A stretch of 64,000 bases of DNA from Octopus sinensis (GCF_006345805.1 NC_043000.1:1302001-1366000), one strand, 5' to 3'. Positions 14,346-28,550 are shown, counted from the stretch's first letter. A program made the numbers and translations. The notes: generated from the letters alone by a model not told the origin.

Positions 14346-14506
14346 TTATTATCATTATTATTATTTTTTTTTTTCTTTTTTTTTCTTCTTTCAAATTTGC
14401 TTCCATTCTTGCCGAGTGTCTTCCCGACTCCTAGGGCAAAGAAACTCATAGTGTACATTGGTAGGCCATTAAACTAAACAATAGTTCGTTCATTTTTTTT
14501 TTAAGT

Positions 14507-14606
14507 NNNNNNNNNNNNNNNNNNNNNNNNNNNNNNNNNNNNNNNNNNNNNNNNNNNNNNNNNNNNNNNNNNNNNNNNNNNNNNNNNNNNNNNNNNNNNN
14601 NNNNNN
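14507..14606. other. assembly gap (100 N)
   Basis: Run of exactly 100 N, typical of a scaffold gap of unknown size. Confidence 0.99.
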
Positions 14607-15699
14607 AAGAGGAGCGTGAGAGGAGTAGGAGGAAAAAAATTACAGACATAGAAATACACACAGAGTGATAGAGAGAGAGAGGGGGAGGAGTATACTACAG
14701 AGGTAGTGATAGAGAAACGTAGAGAGAGAGAGAGAGAGAGAGAGTGATAGTGATAGTGAGAGATAAACAATGTGTCAGGGTGACAAAACACCGAGTTATA
14801 TCTCACACATTTAAACTAAACAGCAGACCACAACAACACGGTCACCTTTTCTGACTACTCCGGTTCCACCTGATTTTTAACTAACTTATTAATTAACAAT
14901 AATATAATACTGTCAATAATTATTATAATTAATAATTATTGAAACGAATTTCATTATCATTATCATCATTATTATTATTATTATTATTAATAATATTGTC
15001 ATTAATTAATATCGTTGCAATCGGTCGTTGTTTGACTCTCAAAAGCTGTCCAGCGAACAGAACAACTACAACCGCAACCACAACATTGACCAGAGCCAAG
15101 ACCAAACTATTTACTGTGTCTGAATGTCGCTGTATATCTGCAGACCATGTCATCGCTGCTTCTCTTCGTAATACCAACAGTAACAACGATTACTACCACA
15201 ACCACCAGTACTACTAAATCTACTACTACGACAGGTACACTGACACCACCCTTATCATCACAACAACCACCCGGATAAGGTGGCTAACAATCTTCAAATC
15301 ACATCAGCACTAATACCACCAAACGCCACCACTGACCACCACCCCAGTGGTTTTACCTAATCGGGACCCTTTTTCACCGGTGAAACACATCGTAACCCCT
15401 ACGACTCTACTGTCAATTTCAAGCGAAATACATAAATAATTATCGCTCACACTCCTAAAATCCCTTAACGGAAATAACATAAACATTTATATATTTATAT
15501 ATACATACACTCAGACACATATATTTATATATTTATACATATACCTACGATAAATCTGTTTGTATTAATATCCATCTGTGTGTACACGTATACGTGAAAC
15601 AAATTGTGTAATAATACAATTTAAGTGAATAACATTAAACCAACTCGTGTTTATTTTATAAAAAAACACGTACTTTTTCTAAACTTTTTTCTTAAAAAA

Positions 15700-15782
15700 A
15701 TGATCATGGACAACTCGGAATATTTAATGGAAGATATGGCTAGACAAGGATCGAACGGAGTCAAATTGGAACTTAACGACAG
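15700..15782 (+). CDS. cwo: clockwork orange-like bHLH-Orange gene, coding exon 1 (MIMDNSEYLMEDMARQGSNGVKLELND-S)
   Basis: ATG at 15700, alternative ATG at 15706 in better context. Ends AG|gttagt in phase 2, matching the phase-2 start of exon 42197. VKLE resembles the VKYE segment I recall from the insect CWO N-terminus. Assignment across a 26-kb intron is inference. Confidence 0.6.
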
Positions 15783-16049
15783 GTTAGTTAATACAACTTT
15801 TTTCTTTTCTTTTGTTGTTTATTTCGTTATTTGTGCTGCTGTTGCCTTATAATTGTTGATTTTAAGTTCTGTTTGGCCAGGCACCCCAATAACGCAGGGT
15901 AAACAAGTTGAGCTTTTAAAAACTATTCGTAGGTCGCAAGTTCACCCCGTCCCTTAATTACATGTCCAGGGTGTTGTCATTTTGATCCAGTCTCTACTGT
16001 TCGATTATGTGCGACTTTCGACTATTCTGTTCGTTTCGGTGTCCCCACC

Positions 16050-16560
16050 CAACCCAAAACCCCTTCGAATTCCGTCAAAGCAGAACTGACTGAGAGGGGC
16101 CACTCACCATAGCAAAGACTACATCTTAAAAGATTGATCTTTATCTTTAGGGCCAGCTAATACTTCGGCACCCCACTCATCAACTGCTAACCTCTATAAA
16201 ACTCAGGTGAGGACCACTTCAGGAGGTGCTGCTGATATACAGCGCAGACCACATACAGAGAAAGGCCGCTCGCTTTATTGATATGAAAATCACACTGGAA
16301 CTTCTGACCCACAGATGTACTATTCTCCCACCCACCCCACCTCCACACACATACTCTCTCTCCCCCTCAACACCCCACCCTCTCTCTCTCTCTCTCTTTC
16401 TCTCTGCCTTTTTACCACAACAACTAATTTTTTTCTTCCTTTCATCGCCCAGTTCATGTCCAACCCCCCGGGCCCTCGCCAACCATTATTCCCGATCCTT
16501 CCTTCCGAGCACGTCGGCCCTCAATAACCCCCCCCCCTGCACATGTCATTCCTGCTGCCA
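16050..16560 (+). mobile_element. decayed CR1/Jockey-type LINE RT C-terminal fragment
   Basis: Peptides LTLYKTQVRT, HIQRKAARFI and LELLTHR match the L.LYK..VRP / IQR.A.R.I / L..L..RR pattern of non-LTR RT tails, with frameshifts. Confidence 0.5.
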
Positions 16561-17174
16561 TCGACTTGCCACAGTTTTAAGCTGAACGTTAACAACGTCG
16601 ATGTCACCCGTTTCAGAGGATCTGCGAAGGACCATGGTCTCAACTTTGAATATGAAGAGCCCGCAGATACAAGGGAAGCTGTGCATAGATGCTCGAAAAG
16701 CAACCGAATCTCCCCTGTATCACATCCTATTGTCTTTAAAAAAAATTAAGGGTGCATGGGGGTAATGTAGTTCTAGATAACTCAAAAGAATACGCGATTT
16801 TCATGACTAAACTTTGATGATAGATCTGCTCCTCAGGGTTGCACTAGAGCTAAGCAACAGCAGTAACTTGTTTAGCTTTGAGATTAACCCAAAAGTCCGT
16901 TATCAAGCGCCCGTGGTACATGTCCTTACGTATCGCCAGTTGAAATTAAATCTCATTCAAATTAGCGTATTTTGAATACTCCAAAGTTCTACCCTTAAAA
17001 GTCTTACTGTCCTTGGGTCAGTACTCACTGAATACTCATTTTAAATTATGGTTAACAGGACATGTTATCCGGGACGAGTGACGACGGTAAACTTCGAGTA
17101 ACGGCCTCATACAGACTTAACTTTGACAAATACCGCATACATGTACGCAAACACAGGCACATACACACAACAAC

Positions 17175-17244
<70 letters not shown>

Positions 17245-17297
17245 GTTTAAATATTGTTGTGCAAGATTTTTTATGTCAAGTCGTGTTGTTGAACAGA

Positions 17298-17501
17298 TAT
17301 TGTTATATTTCGGAATAGTCATATTGCCAGTTTAGCAATAAAAAACACCACGCACTGTATATTTGGTGTTATTTTGCTTCAGTGTTTTTATTTTTTTACA
17401 TTAATCTTAATCTTATTTCGGCAAAAATAACACCAAAATATATAGTGCTTGTGTTTTTATTGGCTAAACTGGCAATATGACCATTCCGAAATATAACAAT
17501 A
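17298..17501. mobile_element. foldback MITE-like palindrome in intron 1
   Basis: About 80-bp arms: tattgttatatttcggaatagtcatattgccagtttagc / gctaaactggcaatatgaccattccgaaatataacaata. Confidence 0.75.
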
Positions 17502-18039
17502 TAATATATATATATATATATATATAATATATAATATATATATATATATATATGAAAGAGAGAAAGATGTGTGTTGCGCGTGTATGTAATATGTGTCAAT
17601 GTGCAATATTCGTATGTGCACGTGTTTGTGTTTAGTTTCGATATATATATTCGTGAAACGTTTGTATGGTTGGAATGTATGCATACAAAAGTAAACGTGA
17701 TTGAACGCATGAATGGATTAACTAACACACGGACACGGACACACAAAAGGAAGAATAATAGAGACAGTGTGAAAGAGACACACTGCCACATAAGGAAATA
17801 ACCCTATTTATATATGTGGTATATATATATATATATATATATAACCCATGACTATATAGTTTGAAATATTTACAATAGAAAATGTCTGTAAATGAGATTT
17901 ATAAACAGAAAATAGAATATGCACATTAATGTACTTATTTAATCCTATCTCACTCCCCTCTCTTTACTATCTATCTATCTATATATATATATTATATATA
18001 TATTTTATATTATTATATATATATATATATATACTATAG

Positions 18040-18070
<31 letters not shown>

Positions 18071-18172
18071 TCAGCAAAAATTTAGATTCAAATGAATATG
18101 GTACTTAATTAGATGCACCAGAATTCTGTATGGTGTTATCCATAAAAATCCGTGGGGTGGTTGCTTATTTTG

Positions 18173-18219
<47 letters not shown>

Positions 18220-18235
18220 ATATATATACTATATA

Positions 18236-18271
<36 letters not shown>

Positions 18272-19077
18272 TATGTACATATATGACTGCAGTTAAGTTT
18301 GAATCTGATTCTTCTCCCGCCGGTCACACATATATGTATGTATACATTTGTGGCTAAGTTTTTTTCCTCTCTTCTCTTTATGACATAATGTACGCTATTG
18401 ATGCAAAAAGAAAAAAAGTATTATTTGTCTGTTATCATCTGTAAAGATATACCCGATCACTGAAATGTTCGTGTTTCGAAGCGATTAGAGAAAAATATTA
18501 GCTTCCTTCGAAACTGATGAATGTTGGTGACGGGCAGAGCATCCCGGCAGTAGATAATCTAAACCTCAACCAGTTTAGGTTTGTCTGACCTTTCTAGCAT
18601 GGAAACGTGGAGTGTTGAAACGAAGAGGATGATGATGATGATGATGATGATGATGGATTTATATGTGTGGGTGGGAGGGCGGGTGCTGTGTGATAAATAA
18701 GTCCGTTTTGAAATGCGGTTTTAGCTCCGCTCTTTTCTGCTGTGGCTCCGAACTGGCCGTTGTGAGTGAATTTGTTTAGTGGAAACTGTGAGGAAGCCAT
18801 TCATATAAGCATGTGTGTGTGTGTGTGTGTGTGTGCGTGCATGCATGCGTGTCTGTATGCGCATGTGTGTGTGCACGCATGTATGTATGCGTGTGTGTTT
18901 ATTTGTGAACGTGACTGCATCTCTTCCACTATCCATTCCTTATGTTTACGCTTTTAGACAAACGGCGTTGGTTTGTTGACGCTCCTGCCACTCAGCGGTA
19001 CAGCAAAAATGTAATCGATGGAATAAGTACCAAACTTAAAATAAGCATATATATATATGTATATATATAGATATATA

Positions 19078-19112
<35 letters not shown>

Positions 19113-19544
19113 GATATTATATATATATTTATACATGTATATATATATGGAGCTAACTGTACTCTGGGAGAGGGGACGACAGTACAGGCAAAGCGGGAAT
19201 GCGGGTGGTATTCCAGGAGTTGACGAAAGACTGTTGCAACAAGGGTATCAAAATCTGATCCATGTCAGCGGAGGTGGACTGTTGTGGTTTCGTGAGTCTT
19301 TCTCTTAGTGAAACCTCAGGAAACCCTGCCACATTAAAGGAGTGATCAGAAAAGACTTCAAAAGATCGAGATGGAAGCTGCAGAGAAAGCATCTGGATAG
19401 CTGTAGCTACTGAAAGGTCACCAATAGAATCAGTGGAATTACAGCTAGGATACAAGCCGGGACCCGATCAATCTCGTTCGGGCGCCCTTTGAATGAGAAA
19501 CAGCCTGGATATAACGCTGATAGTAGGTTATGTCCAAGTATTGC

Positions 19545-19720
19545 ATCAGATTCTGATACATGTGTGGAATCTGTGAGGGCAGCTGCATCGAACTCTCTCA
19601 TGCACCAGATGGCATTTGCTAAAAAGCATTCGTAAAGTAAAATCATGTAGCAACACCAAATGGCGGTGCCCCAGCATGGCCACAGCTTGTGAGCTGAAAC
19701 TAAATAAAATAAAAATAAAA
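19545..19720 (+). mobile_element. retroelement 3' end sharing the ccagcatggccacag tail with family A SINEs; inverted copy at about 41885-42020
   Basis: Two homologous copies in opposite orientation, each ending in a simple-repeat tail. Confidence 0.6.
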
Positions 19721-19838
19721 AAATATGTGTATATGTATGAATTATGTATGTGTATATATGCACATGTATGCTTGTAAATGTGTATATATTTAAATAAGTA
19801 CCCATACATTTATATACATATACATGTGTATAAGTGAA

Positions 19839-19891
<53 letters not shown>

Positions 19892-20618
19892 ATACATACA
19901 TACACACACACATATATATATATATGTAGATAGGGTTACAATCCATGTATTTAATCTTGTAACTGATGAATTGGTAAAAGGTGATCTGTAAAGATTTTCT
20001 ACGTATATACCGATGCAACACCCATTTGGTCAAGATATATGTGTGATATAGAAGAAATAAGACCAACATTTTCCAGTTTTCCGTTTATATATATATATGG
20101 GATCCTTACATATTATACTAGTCCATTACCCGAGTCAATCTCTCTTATCCATCAAACACACAAGCTTGTCAAAATGTGTCACACTGATATGACATAAGGT
20201 ACACGTGCCTGTGAAATACGCAGCCATTTTACATGGTAATTTGACGAGTCGGAATTCCCGTTAAAACCAATGTAGCATCTACCAGTAATACACTGTTTGG
20301 TGGGGAGTAAGTATGCACGCAAATTTATGTATAGATAGATAGATAGATAGACTGACAGGCGGACGGACAGGTAGATAGGCGCATGTGAATCTAGAAAGAT
20401 ATGCACACACACACACAACTATATACTTATATAATCTGTCAACATATTGCATTCCAGAAACACAATCACCAAGAAGTACATATTCACATATATAGAATTA
20501 TATGCATTTTCAACAGATTGCCCTTCGCTCACAAACACGAATACAGGCTTCTAAACTCGTCAACGGATCATTCCATTCACAGCGCCTATGCACACATTCC
20601 TTGACACGTACTATTCAT

Positions 20619-20655
<37 letters not shown>

Positions 20656-22039
20656 CATCATATGACAAGTGAAAGGTTTCTGTGATTCCTTAATGAATGG
20701 TTGAATGGCCAACAAAAACTGCCTTATCTATATTAGGGTTGTTTTGTTTGATCCTACACATAATTTTCCTCTTCTTTATAATTAACAAATAGATAGGTCA
20801 ACTATTACACTCTTTTCTTTTCTTATATCCTCTATCTTCTTCACTTCAGCGAGTAACGGAGTTGGACGTAAAAGTGAGAGAAAAAGATAGTATGGGAGAA
20901 TAAAGTAAAGGAATGTTGTAAGGTGGAAACCGTAACACAAGCTTCATTTTCTCGCAATGTTTCAGGCTCAAATGCTGGCCATGTACATAAATATAACTAT
21001 GAATATATTTTGCTTGCATTTTAAATCTCATTTTCATCTTTAAAAGATTTAAACCTCAACTTTATTGAATTTTCAGTGAAGCAACACTAGAATAAAGTAT
21101 TCATTATTGAACTCACTTTAGTGTCCTTATTTTACATGTTTTTGGGGACATAAACACGCCAGCACGGTGTGGTATACACAAACACACACATACCACGAGC
21201 TTCTTTCAGTTTCCATCAACCAAATCTCACAAAATTTTGGTAGTCCCGAGCTATTGTAGACGTTGCTCAATATATCACGCGACTGAACCCAAAGTCATAT
21301 ACTTGCAAAGCGAACTTCTTAAAAAAACAACGACGCTTTAGGGAAAATGTATTACTCTTATATTTTAGATTTTACCGCTCCACTCAAAGTGGAATCTTCA
21401 GAGCAACAAGCTTAATTTAAAAAGTAAATAATCTGACAGTAAATATTGCTTTCTAAATTGTACAAGTGAATGGATTTAAAGTGATACGAAGGGGAACAAT
21501 TTCGACGAGGGAAAATGGCGGAAAAAAAAATTTTTTAAATCACAATTTCGTTTACCATAAATTAGAGTTAAAATAAGTACGATATTTTTTAAGTCGCCTG
21601 TGTACACATCACTTGCACATATTAACAATGCAATTTATATAATTCGAAAAACGTGAAAGAGTGAAAGAGAGGGGGGAAGAAGACTAGCATATAAATACAT
21701 GCGTATGAATTGGAATACTTTTTCCTGTAGCATTTTTCTGCGAAATTTTTTCCTGTTAGTTATTACCCTTGTATTCGATGTGTGTGCATGTGCGTTTTAC
21801 TATATATACATATTGTAAAATAGAGTGGATCAATTAAATTAGACCAAGGCAAATCAACAGCGAAGCATCTCCGCGTGTTTTGGCCAGATAGTTTATTCCG
21901 AATATTCCAGGTAATTTAACTATCCATATCAGTGATCAATGTAGAGTTGAAACGGTGGTTCACTAGTATCATGTATTACGCAAATCCTAGAAGTTGTCGA
22001 AGGAATAATTGGTAAGAATAAATGGAATCGATAGTTTTG

Positions 22040-22335
22040 GTATTTTGGATATTACGACACATGTTTCTGTAGCGTATTTATTTAGAATACAAGTGCATTA
22101 TGTAATTTGACATGTAACATTATGCAACATTACGTAACATTACATGTTGCTAAATATTTGGTTGTATATCACCTAAAAAATCTTTTAAGGTGTATTACCT
22201 GAAGAAGTAGCGTATTGTGAAAACACGAACTTGCGTAAATTTACATAAAGCTGTATAATGGCACATGTTAGGTGACATAATATGCTTATGTTCTAAATAA
22301 ATACGCTACGAAAACGCGTAGTAATCCCCAAAAGA
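22040..22335. mobile_element. palindromic MITE-like element with internal 10-bp repeats
   Basis: gtagcgtatttatttagaa (about 22069) pairs with ttctaaataaatacgctac (22291-22309). Imperfect pairing extends both inward and outward. Confidence 0.65.
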
Positions 22336-22514
22336 CCCATTCGTATATATCAATTCAATTTAGGTATGAACGTTGCAGTTTGCTTTAGAAAGCTTGTCTA
22401 CGAGTATCAGCTAGCAGATACGATTATACCGCGAGAATCTTTGGTATCACTGAATGTACGTCAGAAAATCTGTGAATATCCGTAGAGTATGTATAAAAAA
22501 TGTAATCAAGAGAG

Positions 22515-23040
22515 AGTGGATTTGAGCAACACGCTTTATTGAATCACATTACAATCGTTTCATCACCACTTTACCATCAGCCATTGCCGAAACATTATTA
22601 TATAATGTATAAAAGTACACCTCATATCATTATTATTATTTCAACAAGCTCTTTGTATCAATACCTGAAGAGATGTCACTTACCAATGTTGCTGAAATAA
22701 TAATAATGATACGATGTGTCACTTTATATATTATATAATAATCTTTTCTACTCTATGCACAAGGCCCGAAGTGTTTTGGGGAAAGGTCAATCGATTAGAT
22801 CAATTCCAGTACGCATCTGGTACTTAATTTATCGACCCCGAAAGGATGAAAGGCAAAGTCGACCTCGGCGGAATTTGAACTCAGAACGAAATACCGCCAA
22901 GCGTTTCGCCCAGCGTGCTAACGTTTCTGCCAGCTCACCGCCTTTTATATTATATAATAATGTTTCGGCAATGATCTGATGCTAAAGTGACGATGAAACA
23001 ATTGTAGTATCATGCAATAAAATGTGTTGCTCAATCCATT
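22515..23040. mobile_element. foldback MITE interrupted by a family C SINE (22742-22943)
   Basis: Arms such as cattgccgaaacattattatataat / attatataataatgtttcggcaatg. The SINE is flanked by duplicated tatattatataataat. Confidence 0.75.
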
Positions 23041-23326
23041 CTGTCTTTTTTGTTTTATATATATGTGTATGTGTGTGTATTTACGTATGTATATATATAT
23101 TCCATAATACCATGACAAAATATTATACGCATTAAACACATTGAATACAATGTGTGGTAAGAAGTTTGTTTCTCGGCCACATGGTTCCGGGTTCAGTCCC
23201 ACTGCGTGGTACCTTGGACAATTGTTTTTAACTATAGCTTTGGGATAACCAAAGACTTATGAGAAGATTTGATAGATGGAAACTGAAACTCGTCGCATAT
23301 ATGATATGATGTGTGTGTGTCTATAT

Positions 23327-23362
<36 letters not shown>

Positions 23363-24449
23363 GGGTGTGCGTGTGACTTCGTGTCTGTGTTTGTCCCACA
23401 CCACCGCTTGACAACTGGTATTCGTGTTTACGTCCCCGTAACTTAGCGGTGCAGCAAAAGAGACTGATTGGCTAAGTACCAGGCTTTCAAAAAAAAAAAA
23501 TAATAATAATAATAATTAGTAAGTCAGTTCGTTCGACTAAAAATTCAAGGTTGTGCCCCAGCATGGCCAGAGTCTAATGACTGAAACAAATAAAAGAAAA
23601 ATATAATCAAAGACTTGTGTACATCTCTGAAATTTCCTGTGGTTTTCTTTGAGAAGCCTTGTAGTAGAGATTATAATTGCACTTTGAGACAAGCAGTCTA
23701 TTTTAATTAACTTGATAAAAATCAATAAAATTCTATTTTAAAAGTGTCCATTTTATTCCTTGTAATTTGTATTTTTTTTTTTTTTTTGAAGATTTGGTTG
23801 TATTTTTTTTTTCTTTTTTTTTTTAATGTTACGTGGGTATTAAATTACCTAAGCGCATCGTCCGAAACACAAGATATGAAACACCGTGTTAAGGAAAATT
23901 GTATTATAAAAGCGATTTTGGTTGATCAAGAGAATCAATGAAGGAACGAAAAGTGAGAGAAAAAGAGAGTTTAGGAGAATAAAGAAAGAAATCTAGCGAA
24001 GAAAGGAAGCTAAAACAAAGGGAGAATTATAGACAAAGAATTGCCTGTGCTATAAGTTTGCCTTAGACTTCTAAATAATGAATAGAAATGAGTAAACCAA
24101 CTTATGGTCATTCTTGTATGTATATATGTTTGTGTGTGTATGTATACACATATATATATTACAATTTATATTTTAAAGAATTATGGTAAAGCTCATTCTT
24201 TGACCAAGGCATTAATCTATGTCCTTGGACTACGTCAACACCCACACATTTCCAAAATGAAGAACTGCAACAGGAGAAATTCCACCAGCTACAATAAGAG
24301 CAATCAGCCCCCCCATCGCCCCCGCTTTCTGATTGTTTCCTTTCCCCATTCCCAATGAATACTGGTTTATCACTTGGCTTGGCGTTATACTTTCCATGAC
24401 CACCTCCACCAACTATTCTATATATCTCACCTTCGGCATCACCTTTGAT

Positions 24450-25220
24450 GGTGGTGGTTGTGGGGTTGTGGGGGGGGGTGCTGGTGTTTGTGGTGATGAT
24501 GATGGTGATGGTGTTTCTGGTGGTAATGGTAGTGGTGGTGGCGGTGGTGGTGGTGGTGGTGTGGTGGTGGTAGTTGTATTTATATTTGAACTGGCGGTGG
24601 TGGTGGTGGTGGCAGTGGTGGTGATGGTGGCAGTGGTGGTGGTAATGGTAGTGGTGGTGGTGATGGTGGCAGTGGCCGTGGTAATGGTGGTGGTGGCAGT
24701 GGTGGTAATGGTGGTGGTGGTGGTGGTGGGGCAGTGGTGGGCAACTTTTCTCGAGGTTCATCATCAGGCAGACAGCACTACTAACGAAAAAAAAAAAAAA
24801 AATGAAGGTAACTTCTCGTTAGGCGTGGCCATTCAGGTTACCTGCGTCTGCTACACACTGCCTGCCCTCTCCCGCCACAACATGCAGGAAGATGTCACAT
24901 GTATTACGGTCACGTGATGTCACCATTTCACAGTTGACACTATCTTCGCTTCATCACGTCGCTACCTGATGTCTCCGTCGCTGGCGGCGGCAATGGTGGT
25001 GGTGGTGGTTTTGGTGGTGATGGTGGTAGTGGTGGTGGTGGTGGTAGTGGTGGTTTTGGTGGTGATGGTGGTAGTAGTGGTAGTAGTGGTTTTGGTGGTG
25101 GTGGTGGTGGTAGTGGTAGTGGTGGTTTTGGTGGTGATGGTGGTAGTAGTGGTAGTGGTGGTTTTGGTGGTGATGGTGGTGGTAGTGGTGGTGATGGTGG
25201 TAGTGGTGGTGGTGGTGGTG
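24450..25220. repeat. two (GGT)n tracts flanking a unique E-box-containing island
   Basis: (GGT)n at about 24450-24740 and 24993-25220. Confidence 0.9.
24896..24917. promoter_or_regulatory. paired E-boxes CACATG-N9-CACGTG (TCACGTGA)
   Basis: CACATG at 24896-24901 and CACGTG at 24911-24916 in a CpG-containing non-repetitive island. Function is inferred. Confidence 0.45.
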
Positions 25221-25966
25221 TTCCTAATGACCTGGTGGATATATTCTTTTATTCTGTGTGTGTGTGTATCTGTGTAAATATATATACATATATATAAAGG
25301 CGGTGCTCCAGCATGGCCACAGTCAAATGACTGAAACAAGTAAAAGAGTATATATACACACACACAGTTATATATATGTACGTATATACGTTATGCACAC
25401 ACACACGTACGCAAACACACACACAGACACGCAAGCACCACAAACCGCAAATTTATGTCTGTGTGGGCGTCATACGTGTAGGCGGATAAGACGGATAGAG
25501 GAATACTTTTGTTGAACTCTATGTATGTATGTGCGTTTATGAATGAATACATGATGTGTGCAAACGTCTAATACTGTAGCATCGAATTTAGGGGTATTTT
25601 GTTATTTAAATTGAGTGGAAGAAAATCGTATGAACGCCTTTCAAATGCATCGTATCTATAATTCCCAAACCCAGACTTACCACATTATTTGAAAACTGTT
25701 ACACGCTGATTCCGTCTGTTGGTTACGTTAAGGGTACAAAGTGGCTGCGGAATACTCGACCAATTGCACAGTATTTCTATGAGAAGGTAGTTCAGTTGTT
25801 CGAACAACTGGAAAACTCATCGTCGACGACGACGGAGACTCATTCACATTTTACTCTTTACGTACATGTAAAAACTAAGACGTATTTTAAGGTTCAGTAA
25901 ATATCAGATACATACATATACATAAAAATATATATTTACATACATACATACAAATGTAGATTTATA

Positions 25967-25998
<32 letters not shown>

Positions 25999-26454
25999 CG
26001 TTCGCTCACAAACGCGCGCGCATACAAATAGAACAGGTGTACAAATAAAGAACAATCGATATCTCATGTTAAATATGTATTCGTACGTTATCAGTTCAAT
26101 GATCCCATGCCCATCCGTCAACACAGAACGCCTCACCCTAAACCCGTATCCGACGAGACCTGGAAGGTAGAAAAAAAATTGTCCGGTTTCACCTACCTCA
26201 TGACTTAGACTATTAATATTGATAGGAACTTTCTATCATTTGTAAGTTGCCACTTTCCGATTACATCTAGAGACCACAAACTTTTCAATGCGCATAACGT
26301 TATGGTGTTCTATTCCTGCCTTGATATTAATTCTAACATTGCATGTAGCATCAGTATGAAAGCGTTAATCCAGACAGGGGGGTTTTATCTCCTTTTTTCC
26401 ACTCTCTCTCTCTCCCCCTTCTATCTCTCTCTCTCTATGTATCTATTTTCTCTT

Positions 26455-26545
26455 TTCATTCCTTTCTGTAGACGGGCATCGGCCCGAAACGTCAAAGACC
26501 TCTTCCATTTTCCCTGCGCATCAAACTAATACACCTTGTTTGTTG
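26455..26545 (+). ncRNA. degenerate minimal type-I hammerhead ribozyme motif (Penelope-like repeat)
   Basis: cttt-CTGTAGA-c-GGGC atcg GCCC-GAAA-C-GTC-aaag. One core mismatch versus CUGANGA. Homologous copy at 29820. Confidence 0.5.
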
Positions 26546-26589
26546 TTCCCTCACCTGTCTCTGTCTTTTGGGTTTTTTGTATAATTTTG

Positions 26590-26631
<42 letters not shown>

Positions 26632-27411
26632 AATAATTTAAAATATATATATATATATATAAATTTTTTGTATAATTTTGAACTATATATATATATATAT
26701 ATATGAAATAAATAATTTTAAAATTATATATTATATATATATACTCTAGAGTACTATATAGTGCTCTGAAACAGAGGGTGGACAGAACTCTAGAAAGGCT
26801 ATGGGGCAGCTGTTGGTTGGTTGGTTGGCGGCGGTTTATCTGAAATCTTTATGTGGTAAGAGAGAGTATGGGTTATAACGTTAGCTTATCCAGCAGAACG
26901 TTTCTAAGCGCTAATTAGACATAGGAAATTGGCAAAACCTATATCTTATATCGTAAACAAGAAATAACTGCGTAGTTCGACTCTTGTTAGATAATTTGTT
27001 CTTGTTCTTTGTCTATCGGTACATATGAATTTAATGGAGTTAAAACATTAGAAATACGAATAAAATCATTATTCAAAACGAAGTGTTTACCAATGATTTC
27101 GAGCATATGCTCTTTATCAAGGCAGAGTGCGCTGAAATATTGAGTGTTTTTTTTCTTTTATTTCATAATATATATATATATATATTATAATATATTATAT
27201 TATATTACGTTATATATTTCATATTATAGTATATTATATCAATGCTTGGGCTTATGTCGAGTTACAATAAGATTTTACATTAAGCTAAAGGAATGCTCAA
27301 TACTTTTTGTAGAGTATAGGTGTATTGGAAGTGCGATGAAGGCTTGCAAGTCGAATTTCTCGCACTTTCAACATTATTCTCGTAAAAGAATTATATATAT
27401 GTATGCTATAT

Positions 27412-27498
<87 letters not shown>

Positions 27499-28429
27499 CA
27501 TATATATATACATATATACATGTATATATACATACATATATGCATATATATATATATATATATAAACACACACACACACACATATATATATACATATATG
27601 CTCTCCAAAATATATTGAATATATGAGTATCATATTATTGCATGTATGTGTATATATTTTCATATATTTATGTATGTATAATGCGTGTGTAAAATCTGTA
27701 TTCATACCATACATACATACATACAAAACTGCCTTATAAACTCTCGCGCGCTTATTAACACACAATCTCTCTCACACACACGTACACACACACAACACAC
27801 ACACACACATACACACACACGCACGTGCGTAAAGAGAGACAAGATGCAACACACACAGTCTTTTAAAACTAGGCTCCACCACCACCGACAAGACAAAACA
27901 AAACTGACAGTTTGATTTTGAGAAGCATGTGTCAATAAACGTGGTTGAAATTCGGACACACACACACACACAACACACACAAGCCTTATCTAATCACCAA
28001 AACTTTGTGAGAGAGAGAGTGGACTATAAATACTTTCTTTCACATGGCCTTATTTTGGCTGCTGGGTGGTTTTTCGTAGCAGGGGGTGGTAGCAGATGGT
28101 GGAAGGGCGAGACTTGCTTCTAACTAACGTGCAAGTTTGTTACGACGTAAAAAAAAAAAAAAAAAAGTACAAAGATAAAAATATGAAAATATAAAAAAAA
28201 AAAAAAATCATTTCCACCTCCTCAAGTCCTCCTCCTACTCCTACATCCTACATCTCCTCCTTCCGCTGCACAAGCTTCACTCCTTCCACCCCCCACACGC
28301 ACCGACCGCCATAAAAACGTGTCAATACAAGTGTTTCTAGAGTTTTTTGTTTTATTGTTTAAACGATATGTTTGTTGTTTTTCCTTTTATATTTATCTCT
28401 ATGTATACACACACACATACACGTGTATT

Positions 28430-28470
<41 letters not shown>

Positions 28471-28471
28471 C

Positions 28472-28508
<37 letters not shown>

Positions 28509-28550
28509 AGCATATATATTTATATATATAAGCATATATATTTATATATA

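Noticed and set aside
24159-25363. His/Thr/Val-rich ORFs
   Set aside because: Translation of (GGT)n tracts.
28020-28150. TATAAA plus AACGTG as an internal promoter
   Set aside because: TATAAA is too common in this AT-rich sequence. No identifiable initiator or downstream splice donor.
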